From an uncultured Nitrospiraceae bacterium (lineage in GTDB: Bacteria; Nitrospirota; Thermodesulfovibrionia; Thermodesulfovibrionales; Dissulfurispiraceae): a stretch of DNA of 64,000 bases. Below the pieces are notes generated by a model that searched no databases, was not told the origin of the DNA, and saw only the letters and a list, made by a program, of their open reading frames with translations. Shown piece by piece: positions 38,740 through 47,766 of this stretch. The stretch is taken from positions 576,001 to 640,000 of the forward strand of contig CAVPIW010000006.1 of the NCBI GenBank assembly GCA_963705105.1. Reading direction: 5' to 3'. The translations under genes and the position numbers were made by a program. Numbering within the stretch: the stretch's first letter is position 1; every line of letters begins with the position of its first letter.

Positions 38740-39715
38740 CCCTGCCCGACAGGGCAAATCCCGTCCCGGCAGGAAACCCAAAAAGGGCAAGGCCGTCCAG
38801 CTCATCGAATACGGGGCCGTCAAGACCCTCCTTTTCCTTGTCCGCCTGACCCCTCTCGGCGTTATCCGCAGGCTCAGCAGGGTCCTGGGCACGCTTTTCT
38901 TCCGCCTCGTCAAGAAGAGGCGCCTCATCGCCCTCAACAACCTCGGCGCAGCGCTCGGAAAAGAACGGAACGAGGTCGAGCTGAGGGACATCGCCCGGGA
39001 GAGCTTCGCCTCCTTTTTCCTCACCTATTTCGAGATCGCCAAGTTTCACTCTCTCCTGAAACATCCCGGCGCCGTCGAAGGCCTCGTCGAAGACCCCCCT
39101 GAAGTGGAGAGGATATTCAAAAAGGCAAAGGGGTTTCATGACGAGTGGAAGGGATGCATTTTCGTCACCCCCCACATCGGCAACTGGGAAATGCTGCCCC
39201 ATGTCAGCGCCGTCGTCGGCATTCCCCTTGTCATCGTCGCGCGACCGCTCGACAACGTCTACCTCGAAAGGGTCCTCTACCGTGACCGCGCCGGCAGCGG
39301 CCAGGTGATCATCCCCAAGAGGAACGCCCTCTTCGCCCTCCAGAAGACGCTCCAGAACGGCAGGTCAATCGGTATGCTCCCCGACCAGAGCACGATGCAG
39401 GGCCTTGCCGTCCCCTACTTCGGCAGGAATGCCTTTACCACTCCGGTTCCGGCGATCCTGTCCGCGCTCTACAAGAGACCCATCGTCGTCGTCGCCTGCT
39501 GCAGGAACAGAAAGACGGGTAAGTTTGAGGGCGTCGTCTCCGACCCGATCCTGCCGGGCGAGTATACGAGCGAGAAAGAGGAAATCCACAGGCTCACGGA
39601 AATGATGAACAGGACCATGGAGGACGTCGTACGCAGATACCCGGAGCAGTATCTCTGGATGCACAACCGGTGGAAGACTTACGCCGGCAGGCGCGCAAAA
39701 CCGGCAGGGGCCTAG
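38732..39715 (+). CDS. LpxL/HtrB-family lipid acyltransferase
   Basis: PHIGNWE, RPLDN, LPDQ, YFGR, RRYPEQYLWMHNRWK. Confidence 0.9.
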   Translation: MTDPARQGKSRPGRKPKKGKAVQLIEYGAVKTLLFLVRLTPLGVIRRLSRVLGTLFFRLVKKRRLIALNNLGAALGKERNEVELRDIARESFASFFLTYFEIAKFHSLLKHPGAVEGLVEDPPEVERIFKKAKGFHDEWKGCIFVTPHIGNWEMLPHVSAVVGIPLVIVARPLDNVYLERVLYRDRAGSGQVIIPKRNALFALQKTLQNGRSIGMLPDQSTMQGLAVPYFGRNAFTTPVPAILSALYKRPIVVVACCRNRKTGKFEGVVSDPILPGEYTSEKEEIHRLTEMMNRTMEDVVRRYPEQYLWMHNRWKTYAGRRAKPAGA

Positions 39716-40010
39716 CCGTTGCCTTGCGGTTCTCATCTGGCTTCTCTTGCCGCCTTTTCCTGCATTACCCCTTCATGCAGCCAGAACTTTATCAGGGACC
39801 CCTCTGTCCACACGATCTTCTGACGTATCTCATCGAGCCAAAGCGCCCCGCTTTTTCCCTGCACCGCGCACATCCATTCACGCCGGAGTCTTTCAATGCA
39901 CCACTGGATTCACACCTTCATGCGGATATTCCTTTGACTGTCAAACATGTGACCCCCTCGAACCGAATACTCCGGCGAGTAATGAGAGTCAAGGAGCCGA
40001 AGTGGCGATA

Positions 40011-40039
40011 TTGACTTTTGTTCTCATATTTGCTAACCT
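40011..40039 (+). promoter_or_regulatory. sigma70 promoter of higBA-like module (leaderless)
   Basis: TTGACT-17-TAACCT; ATG 6 nt after the -10 box. Confidence 0.6.
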
Positions 40040-40045
40040 CACCGT

Positions 40046-40372
40046 ATGAAGTTCACCATAGAATATTTTCATCCGCGGGTTAAAGAAGAGATCGAGGCTT
40101 GGCCTGACGGCATATTGGCTGATTTCGCCCGAATTGTTGAACTTCTTATGGAATTCGGACCAGATCTGCGCATGCCCCATTCACGTGCCATGGGAGGCGG
40201 CCTTTTTGAATTGAGACCGCGCGGCAGAGAAGGCATTGGTCGAGTGTTCTATTGCTTCGTCGTTAGTCAGCGTGTCGTGATACTTCACTCTTTCATCAAG
40301 AAAGCACAAGAAACCCCGGAGCGGGAATTGAAAATTGCCCGACAAAGGCAAAGGGAGGTTCAAAATGGCTGA
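40046..40372 (+). CDS. RelE/HigB (Gp49-like) toxin
   Basis: LRMPHSRAMGGGLFELR, GRVFYC, LHSFIKKAQETP.REL..AR. Confidence 0.9.
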   Translation: MKFTIEYFHPRVKEEIEAWPDGILADFARIVELLMEFGPDLRMPHSRAMGGGLFELRPRGREGIGRVFYCFVVSQRVVILHSFIKKAQETPERELKIARQRQREVQNG

Positions 40373-40697
40373 ATTGAAATATAAACCGGTCATCCATGAC
40401 CATGACAAGTTTCTTGAAACAGCCCTTAGGAGGAAGGATTTCAAGGAAGCATACGCGGATTTGGAAGCGGAGTACGCCCTTATCAGGGAGATGCTTGCTG
40501 CTCGTGCGAGATCAGGCCTCACTCAGGAAGCGGTTGCAGAATTGATGGGGACGACAAAAAGCGCGGTTTCAAGATTGGAAGCAGGGGGAAAGCATGCACC
40601 TTCACTGAGTACTCTCAAGAGGTATGCTCGCGCTGTCGGCTGCCATCTGGAAATCAAATTGGTTCCCGATGGCCGAACCAATCGCTCGACGCGGTAA
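40365..40697 (+). CDS. XRE-HTH antitoxin (HigA-like)
   Basis: GLTQEAVAELMGTTKSAVSRLEAG, PSLSTLKRYA; downstream of and overlapping the toxin. Confidence 0.9.
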   Translation: MAELKYKPVIHDHDKFLETALRRKDFKEAYADLEAEYALIREMLAARARSGLTQEAVAELMGTTKSAVSRLEAGGKHAPSLSTLKRYARAVGCHLEIKLVPDGRTNRSTR

Positions 40698-40799
40698 CAT
40701 CAGACCGCGCTCCGGACTTCTGGTGTAACTGCCTGCCGTCCCAGGCATAGACCTTCGACGTAACCCTTGTGGTATAACATGGTCGCGGAGGTGGTCACT

Positions 40800-41063
40800 G
40801 TGAAACTAATGACCGTCAAGGAATTCAGGGATCACGCATCGAAGGCGATGAAAAGCAAAGAACCACTCATTATTCTGCGGCGCGGCGAGGTCGCCGGCAT
40901 TTTCTTCCCGATGCCGTTGGATACCATCCCCTTCGATCTCAGAAAGGATGTATTCGTCAGCCTCACCGATTCCATAAAGAAGAGGCTGAACGACCAGGGA
41001 GTCACTGAGGACGAAATCCTTGATGACTTTGAAATTCTAAGGAAATCTCGCCGTAGACGCTAA
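40800..41063 (+). CDS. Phd/YefM-like antitoxin
   Basis: GGAGG RBS + GTG; MKLMTVKEFRDHASK...PLIILRRG. Confidence 0.75.
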   Translation: MKLMTVKEFRDHASKAMKSKEPLIILRRGEVAGIFFPMPLDTIPFDLRKDVFVSLTDSIKKRLNDQGVTEDEILDDFEILRKSRRRR

Positions 41064-41100
41064 CCAGATCCTTGCCGCCATCATAGGTGGCCGACGGAGT
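41023..41100 (+). pseudogene. PIN/VapC toxin N-terminal remnant
   Basis: MTLKF*GNLAVDANQILAAIIGG: PIN-type VDAN motif, in-frame TAA at codon 6, then cut off by the integrase fragment. Confidence 0.65.
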
Positions 41101-41447
41101 TCCCTGATGAATTCGTCTTCGATATGTTGCCACACGTCTTGTCCGGCCTCATCCTGCGGGATGGGCGCTACTGTTTTCTGTACTCCCGTAAAGTAGCTGA
41201 AAAGGCGGACTGCCTCTTTCGCCTGCTGCACCTGCCGGTCTTCATGGTTCTTTGCCGGATCATGGACATACGCCGCGATGCTGTCCGGGGCGTTATCGTC
41301 AAAATTGCTACGGCTGCGGAATTCGTGGAAGCGGTTCACCCACCGGAGATAGTAAGGTAAGCGCTTTTCAGAAACACCGTGCTTCCTGGCAAGGAAGTCC
41401 TGAAAGTCCTTGAATAACGAATCTTGGTTCTTATGCGTCGAGAGCAT
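41095..41447 (-). pseudogene. intI: integron integrase N-terminal fragment (catalytic domain missing)
   Basis: FQDFL...PYYLRWVNRF...QVQQAKEAVRLF...W...ELR resembles the N-terminus of long-form integron integrases; divergent from Pc/attI and cassettes. Confidence 0.7.
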
Positions 41448-41526
41448 AATATCCCTTTTCGGTGATATAAGACAGCTACTTTTAGCCCCAAAACGTCGCC
41501 AAAACCCGTCTTTCTGACCTGTCTGA

Positions 41527-41555
41527 TTGACTCGCCCCCTTTTTTCCGCTATGAT
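41527..41555 (+). promoter_or_regulatory. cassette promoter Pc
   Basis: TTGACT-17 bp-TATGAT facing attI. Confidence 0.75.
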
Positions 41556-41574
41556 GTGATCAAATGCAGTCGAC

Positions 41575-41597
41575 AGCTAAAGAATAATGTTCGCTTT
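41575..41597 (+). other. attI recombination site
   Basis: GCTAAAGAATAATGTTCGCTTT; GTTCGC (41589-41594) is the reverse complement of the GCGAAC R'' box of the attC at 44362. Confidence 0.7.
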
Positions 41598-42353
41598 GGA
41601 ATGATGAGAGATGGGACACGCAATCGACTTTGATAGCCTAAAGGAGGTCTCGTATCTCGGCATAAGGAGGGCTGCGGCATTCCTCGGCCTCGGCCTAAAT
41701 GCAGCAAGACGAGAGGATTTTACCGACTATCAGCTCACTAAGGACGCTACTTTTAGGGTCCTCCCGGCTGATCTGCCCCCAGAGAAGGTGGCAGACATCA
41801 AAGATGCATTCGGTAAATGGGTTATCGCATGCGGCTTGCGGGAGCTCACGGAGACGTTTGCTGTCTATTTGGACGGTATCTACCGGGCTTGCATGCTTAT
41901 GGCGGTCACGAAGCCGCTGGTTCTCCCAGTTGACGCCACAAAGAGTATACGAAAGTTCCTTAGGCTTGGCCTTGCTGAGAAGCTTATTGAACTCCGGAGC
42001 CGCTTTGGTGTCGCCACTCCGAAGGAGGCTTACCTCGGCAGCATTAATCGGGCGCGAAACTGTATTACCCACCGCCGAGGAATCGTTGGCCACGAGGACC
42101 TCACAGAAGGAGACATGCTTCGCCTGAAATGGTGGGCTGTTGATCTATTCGTTCAGACGCCATCGGGTGAACGCATATCGCTGAAGCCTCCGCTTCCGGG
42201 ACAAGGAATCCTGCTGAAGGACGGGGGAAGCGTAATGCTCGGCGTGGTTGATAGGGAGCGGGAGTTTTCTCGAGGGACTGTCCTGGAGATGACCGCGAAT
42301 GACCTTATGGAGGTCTGTATGGTCGTTCAGTTCGCGACTGACGAAATCCTTGG

Positions 42354-44304
42354 CCCATCTTCTACAGTTGGTTCCGAAAAGCGCTCCGAATCAGACATAA
42401 GAATCTATGAGAAACAGGGTGATATGAGGAGAGGAATCGGAGTGAAGCTCAAAACATAGTGCCACGTCATAGCCATTATAAGCTTGCCAATAGGGATTAG
42501 AATGGGTATAATATTAATGTCATGTTCATCAGAATCAAACCATCCGGCCCCCGCTCCTATCTGCAGATCGTCGAAAGTCGGTGGGAAAACGGCAAAGTCC
42601 GCCAGAAAGTCATCGCCACCCTGGGGCGTGTCGATAAACTCAGGGAATCGGGAGCTTTGGACAGCCTCGTACGCTCGGGGGCGCGGTTTTCAGAAAAGCT
42701 TGCCCTGCTTGATGCCTATGACAAGGGAGAGGTTCCGTCTGTGGGACAGCAAAAGATCGGACTGCCTCTGGTGTTTGGCCGACTGTGGAAGGAACTCGGC
42801 ATCCCGGAAGTGATCACCCGCGTGCTGTCGCAGAGGAAGTATCAGTTTGCCGTGGAGAGGGCGATCTATCTGACGGTGCTGCACCGGCTCAGCGCATCGG
42901 GCTCTGACAGGGCGGCGGACAAGTGGAAGGAAGACTACCGGATTGAGGCGGCGGAGGGGATCGAGCTGCACCACCTGTACCGGGCGATGGCATGGTTAGG
43001 GGAGGAGTTGCCGGAGGACGACCAGGAAGGGGCGACACCCTTTGCCTGCCGGTGCACGAAGGACCTGATCGAAGAAGGGATCTTTGAGCGCCGGAGGGAC
43101 CTGTTTACAGATCTCACCCTGGTGTTTTTTGACACCACGAGCATCTATTTTGAAGGAAATGGGGGAGAGGAGATCGGGCAGTTGGGCAACAGCAAGGACC
43201 ACCGGCCTGACCTTCTGCAGATGGTGGTGGGTGTGATCATCGACAGCGCGGGTCGGCCGTTGTGCTGTGAGTTGTGGCCGGGCAACACGACGGACGTCAA
43301 GAGCCTTCTTCCCGTCACCGAGAGATTACGCAAGCGGTTTGGGATCCAGCGGGTCTGTGTCGTGGCGGACCGGGGGATGATCAGCGCGGCGACGGTCAAG
43401 GAACTGCAGACGGGGGAGGTCCCGTACATCCTGGGCGCCCGGATGAGGAAACAGAAAGAGGTCACCCAGGAGGTGCTCAGCCGGGCGGGCAGGTATGAGG
43501 AAGTGTATCCCAAGGGTGCGGACAGCAAAGCGCCCTCACCGCTGAAAGTCAAGGACGTGCGTGTTGACGACAGACGGTACGTCGTCTGTTACAACGAGGA
43601 TCAGGCCAAGAAAGACGCTCTTGACCGGCAGAGTATCGTTGCCTCCCTGCGGGACAAACTGCAGCAGGGACACAAGACATTGGTGGGCAACAAGGGGTAC
43701 CGGAAGTACCTCAAGGCGACGGGGCAGAGGTTCGGGATCGATGAGGACAAGATCAAGGCGGAGGGACGGTATGACGGCAAGTGGGTCCTCAGGACGAACA
43801 CGACACTGCCGGCGCGGGAGGTGGCGCTGCAATACAAGCAGTTGTGGATGGTGGAGCAGATCTTTCGGAGCATGAAGAGCATCCTCAGCACGCAGCCCAT
43901 CTATCATAAGTGTGACGAGACGATCCGGGGGCATGTGTTCTGCAGTTTCCTTGCATTGGTGCTGATCAAGGAACTGCAGGGGCGGATGGAAAGGAAGGGG
44001 TGGCAGGCGGAATGGGCTGATGTGATCCGTGACTTGGAGAGGGTCGAAGAAGTGACGATCCGGACCGGTACGAAGGAGGTCCTTCTCCGGAGCGACCTCA
44101 AGGGACAAGCCGGCAAGGCGTTTCAGGCGGCGGGCGTGGCTGTGCCGCCGACAGTCAGGATACTGAATCAGACTGCATTGGACATGGAGACGTCATGACA
44201 GTGAGCGTGAAGCTGACAAGGGGATTCCTAGTGCCACGCCCTTCTTGCGCCCTCATATCCCCTTGTTATAAGAAAGTTATTTTTTTGCTACTGTAGAAGA
44301 TGGG
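42354..44304 (+). mobile_element. IS1634-family insertion sequence (copy 1)
   Basis: Perfect 15-bp TIR CCCATCTTCTACAGT/ACTGTAGAAGATGGG; 5-bp TSD CTTGG at 42349-42353 and 44305-44309. Confidence 0.92.
42522..44198 (+). CDS. IS1634-family DDE transposase
   Basis: YLQIVES...QKVIATLGR, FFDTTS, GNSKDHRPD, VADRGM, YKQLWMVEQIFRSMK, IRGHVFCSFLA. Confidence 0.93.
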   Translation: MFIRIKPSGPRSYLQIVESRWENGKVRQKVIATLGRVDKLRESGALDSLVRSGARFSEKLALLDAYDKGEVPSVGQQKIGLPLVFGRLWKELGIPEVITRVLSQRKYQFAVERAIYLTVLHRLSASGSDRAADKWKEDYRIEAAEGIELHHLYRAMAWLGEELPEDDQEGATPFACRCTKDLIEEGIFERRRDLFTDLTLVFFDTTSIYFEGNGGEEIGQLGNSKDHRPDLLQMVVGVIIDSAGRPLCCELWPGNTTDVKSLLPVTERLRKRFGIQRVCVVADRGMISAATVKELQTGEVPYILGARMRKQKEVTQEVLSRAGRYEEVYPKGADSKAPSPLKVKDVRVDDRRYVVCYNEDQAKKDALDRQSIVASLRDKLQQGHKTLVGNKGYRKYLKATGQRFGIDEDKIKAEGRYDGKWVLRTNTTLPAREVALQYKQLWMVEQIFRSMKSILSTQPIYHKCDETIRGHVFCSFLALVLIKELQGRMERKGWQAEWADVIRDLERVEEVTIRTGTKEVLLRSDLKGQAGKAFQAAGVAVPPTVRILNQTALDMETS

Positions 44305-44361
44305 CTTGGCTCTGCGCTGGCCTACGGGAGGGCAATCGGAATAGAGGTAGTTCAGAAACAG

Positions 44362-44417
44362 AGCGAACCAGCGCTCGAACGGACGCTTGACAGCGCCGGT
44401 TGAGCGCCCCGTTCAAT
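44362..44417 (+). other. attC site of cassette 1
   Basis: R'' AGCGAAC, 5-nt spacer, L'' CTC[G]AACG ... L' GGTTGAG, 6-nt spacer, R' GTTCAAT; canonical spacing and extrahelical base. Confidence 0.85.
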
Positions 44418-44494
44418 CCAATAAAAATACATTCAAAAAAAGATATTAAATGCAAAATTTTGCTCTTATCGTTCTGATTTTGCTGCTGGTTAGT

Positions 44495-46420
44495 CCGAAG
44501 TTCCAGCCAAAAACAAGTTAGGTCGACCGGATAATCCTTGAAGAGCAAGCGGATGTGATCGTTTGCGCTTTGCCTATGTTCCCATGTAATATATATTTTA
44601 TGCTTGACAATAGATGCTCATTATGCTATTATTGTTACCATGTACATCGACATCGTCCCGAACCGTACCTCCCGTCCCGCCATCCTCATCCGTGAGGCAT
44701 GGAGAGAGGGCAAGAAGATCAGAAAGCGCACCGTGGCCAACATCTCCGACTGGCCGATGCAGAAAGTCGAAACTCTCCGCGCCCTGCTGAGGGGCGAGGA
44801 GCTTATCAGCACGAAAGACCTGTTTCATATCGAGCGGTCCCTGCCGCACGGCAACGTCGAGGCGATCCTGGGGACGATCACACGTCTGGGGTTGGACGCG
44901 ATGATTGCGCCGGAGCGCTCACGGCAGCGTGATCTGGTTGTGGCGATGATCGCGCAGCGGCTGATCCATCCCTGTTCGAAGCTGGCCACCACGAGGCTGT
45001 GGCACAGCAGCACGCTGGCCGAGGAGGTGTCGGTGAGGGATGCGGACAGCGAGGAACTGTACGGGGCTTTGGACTGGCTGATCCAGAGGCAGCCGGACAT
45101 AGAGAGGAACCTGGCGAAGCGGCATCTTACGGAGGGTTCGGTGGTGCTGTATGACGTCAGCAGCAGTTATTACGAGGGGCACACGTGTCCTTTGGTCAGC
45201 TATGGATACAACCGAGACGACAAGAGGGGTTTGCCGATCATTGTGTACGGGGTTCTGACGGACCGTGCGGGCAGGCCTGTGGCCGTCGATGTGTATCCGG
45301 GCGATACGGGGGATCCGTCGACGGTTGCGGATCAGGTGCAGAAGCTGCGGCAACGGTTTGGGCTGTCCCGGGTTATTCTGGTCGGGGACCGGGGAATGTT
45401 GACCCAAGCGAGGATTGATGTGCTGAAGGGGTATCCGGGGATTGGCTGGATCTCTGCACTGAAGAGCCGGGCGATCCGGGATCTGGTGGACACGGGGGAT
45501 CTGCAGTTGTCGCTTTTTGATCGGACGAACCTTGCGGAGATCACCTCGCCGGAGTACCCCGGTGAGCGTTTGATCGCGTGTTTCAATCCGCTGCTGGCGG
45601 AGGAGCGTCGTCGCAAGAGGCAGGAGTTGATCGAGGCAGCGCAGAGGGACCTCCAGAAGATCGCTGCGCAGGTGCAGCGCAGGAGCAGGCATCCGCTGAC
45701 GGCAAGCGAGATTGGACAGAAGGTCGGCAAGGTGATCAACCGGTACAAGGTCGGGAAGCATTTTGCTCTGACGATCCAGGATGGACTGTTTCAGTGCAGG
45801 AGGAATGAGGAGTCCATCGAGCGTGAGATGCGGCTGGACGGGATCTACGTGGTCCGCACCAGTGAGTCTGCGGAGGAGATGTCGGCGGCTGATACGGTAC
45901 GGCAGTACAAGGGCCTGTCACAAGTGGAGAGGGCATTCCGCTGTCTCAAGGGGGTTGACCTGCTGGTCCGGCTCATCCGGCACTTCACGTCTGATCATGT
46001 CCGGGCGCACATCTTTCTGTGCATGCTGGCCTATTATGTGGAATGGCACATGAGGGAGGCGCTCGCTCCGCTGCTGTTTGATGACGAGCACCTGCAGGAG
46101 CTGCGCGTCACGCGTGATCCTGTGGCTCCCGCGCAGCCATCGGAGTCGGCACGGAAAAAGAAGACGAGACGGACGACAGAGGATGGTCTTCCGATACACA
46201 GCTTTCAGAGTCTTCTGGCGGAATTGGCAACCCGGTGCCGTAACCGATGCCGGGTACAATCGCAGCCCGACGCACTGACATTCGTTCAGCATACAGAGTA
46301 CAGCCCGTTACAGGAGAGAGCTATGCAGTTGCTGGGCTTGTTGCCAGTACAGAAAACCTAACTCGATGGTTTCCTATCAAAATAACAACAGGTTAGCTTG
46401 TCCCCCTACCGGAACTTCGG
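44495..46420 (+). mobile_element. IS1634-family insertion sequence (copy 2, different subgroup)
   Basis: TIR CCGAAGTTCC/GGAACTTCGG; 6-bp TSD GTTAGT at 44489-44494 and 46421-46426. Confidence 0.92.
44640..46361 (+). CDS. IS1634-family DDE transposase
   Basis: MYIDIVPNR, LYDVSSSYYEG, GYNRD, VGDRGM, YKGLSQVERAFR, RAHIFLCMLAYY; TTGACA-17-TATTAT promoter at 44604-44632. Confidence 0.93.
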   Translation: MYIDIVPNRTSRPAILIREAWREGKKIRKRTVANISDWPMQKVETLRALLRGEELISTKDLFHIERSLPHGNVEAILGTITRLGLDAMIAPERSRQRDLVVAMIAQRLIHPCSKLATTRLWHSSTLAEEVSVRDADSEELYGALDWLIQRQPDIERNLAKRHLTEGSVVLYDVSSSYYEGHTCPLVSYGYNRDDKRGLPIIVYGVLTDRAGRPVAVDVYPGDTGDPSTVADQVQKLRQRFGLSRVILVGDRGMLTQARIDVLKGYPGIGWISALKSRAIRDLVDTGDLQLSLFDRTNLAEITSPEYPGERLIACFNPLLAEERRRKRQELIEAAQRDLQKIAAQVQRRSRHPLTASEIGQKVGKVINRYKVGKHFALTIQDGLFQCRRNEESIEREMRLDGIYVVRTSESAEEMSAADTVRQYKGLSQVERAFRCLKGVDLLVRLIRHFTSDHVRAHIFLCMLAYYVEWHMREALAPLLFDDEHLQELRVTRDPVAPAQPSESARKKKTRRTTEDGLPIHSFQSLLAELATRCRNRCRVQSQPDALTFVQHTEYSPLQERAMQLLGLLPVQKT

Positions 46421-46779
46421 GTTAGTTTACCTGTTCAGGTGTGCTCGGCTGAGAAACTATCTAGCACTATCGAAAAGTCCCTTACAACTGGCGATGTACT
46501 TGAAAAACCGATGGTTAGCACTGAAAATATATCAATAGAGGACAGGACATTTGGAGAATATATTATCTATTCTATAGCTACAGCAAAAGATGAATGAGAA
46601 CTCAGAATATCAGATATAAAGGGAGGAACATTTCTGAATAGTAGGACGAAGGATAAAATGCAAGGTTTACGATCAGAACGTACAACAATAGACAAGCAAA
46701 AAGGAGAGGTAAACACTTTGTCATATGAAGACGGTGATAAGGGTGTAGATGTACAAATAAAAGAGAGATGCAAGAGAGG

Positions 46780-46844
46780 AATAACAACGGCATAGACTCT
46801 GACGAGGCAAACAACGATGCGAGGGTCACGACGAGAACGTAGGC
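46780..46844 (+). other. degenerate attC-like site
   Basis: AATAACAACGGCATAGACTCTGAC...GGGTCACGAC...CGTAGGC; weak symmetry in an error-rich region. Confidence 0.35.
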
Positions 46845-47602
46845 GACGGGAAGGACGACAAAAATGACTGCTAGTCGGGCAACTAGTAGCTATATGCAGA
46901 TGACGAATACTGTATGATAACAAGAAGGGGTGTAAAAAATGAGCTTTATCAACGTGTATCTCAGGCAAGACGGAAAAGAATAGAGCTAACGGCTGTTCTC
47001 TGCGCCGTTTTGGTAGGAGTGGGTTGTGGCCCGATAAGAGGAACGCCAAGCTAAGGAAGACGCCGACAGAAAAGAAACTGCGCGTAAGAACTAAGCAAAG
47101 CTGAACGCCATGTCCGAGGAAATCTCACGGAGATACGATGCCAAAGGCTTTCCTCCTGAGGGGATGGGATCAACTGCTAACACTTATGAGCTCCAAAAGT
47201 TCTACTCGATACACGAAAGGTCAAACATCTAGTATAGAGGCTATCTAGAAGACGACGAGAAAAACGACGTGGTTTCAACAACGAGTTCCTGTGTCCGCTC
47301 GGAGAGCTATACGACAAGAATAAGGTAGCTGTGCTATTTCGGCTGTCAGTCTGAGAGGAGACCGCAATGCGATTCCTGCAAGTAAAGCGCGAAGATAGAA
47401 GCTAAGCCACTTCGCTACCTCATGCACCAGACTTTTTCGTTGTAGCGAGAATCAACGGTTTGCAGAAATCCAGGAGGTACGAGATGTCTTCTCCAAAGGA
47501 GAGAGAGGAAGTGGATTTAGGCCTGAGATTGGTTTGAGCTACGTATCCTGGGGAAAGCTGGTGGAGGCTGTGGCCGTTCAAAATGAATGAAACGCCGGTT
47601 CA

Positions 47603-47663
47603 CCTAACGCATGAACCGGATCGTGTCCCTGGCGGGCCACTCCCGGTTATGCGTGCGATGGGC
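47603..47663 (+). other. degenerate attC-like site
   Basis: CGCAT[G]AACCGG...CCGGTTATGCG inner arms with extrahelical G; outer boxes damaged. Confidence 0.5.
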
Positions 47664-47766
47664 CCCATCGAGATGAATCCGAACGAGAGATCACGTGGCA
47701 GTTTGCGCCGCGGTCGATGAACAGCGCCGCGTTGCGCTGGAACGGCCCGCAGCGTTCTCGGAGATT

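Larger units (their letters stand above)
41611..44403 (+). pseudogene. cassette 1 gene, HEPN-motif protein, interrupted by IS1634
   Basis: RNCITH (R-x4-H); removing IS 42354-44304 and one CTTGG restores a 278-aa ORF ending ...ILGSALAYGRAIGIEVVQKQSEPALERTLDSAG* inside the attC. Confidence 0.75.
44450..46597 (+). pseudogene. cassette 2 gene (exported protein) interrupted by IS1634 at codon 15
   Basis: Restored MQNFALIVLILLLVS|LPVQVCSAEKLSSTIEK...ATAKDE*; AT-rich; downstream sequence is noisy so the true end is uncertain. Confidence 0.55.

Noticed and set aside
29939..39715. Calling the cluster a ladderane or aryl-polyene pathway outright
   Set aside because: No radical SAM, methyltransferase, AMP-ligase or other hallmark tailoring genes; only the ACP/KS architecture is similar
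130..39736. Numerous long antisense or alternate-frame ORFs overlapping recognised genes (e.g. 16552-17496, 22980-24353, 28479-29660, 36534-37559)
   Set aside because: Shadow ORFs expected at high GC; no motifs; fully overlap well-supported genes
39733..39949. Minus-strand frame with an in-frame TGA (possible selenoprotein)
   Set aside because: No Sec-type redox motif, recognisable SECIS or family similarity; likely a remnant or chance
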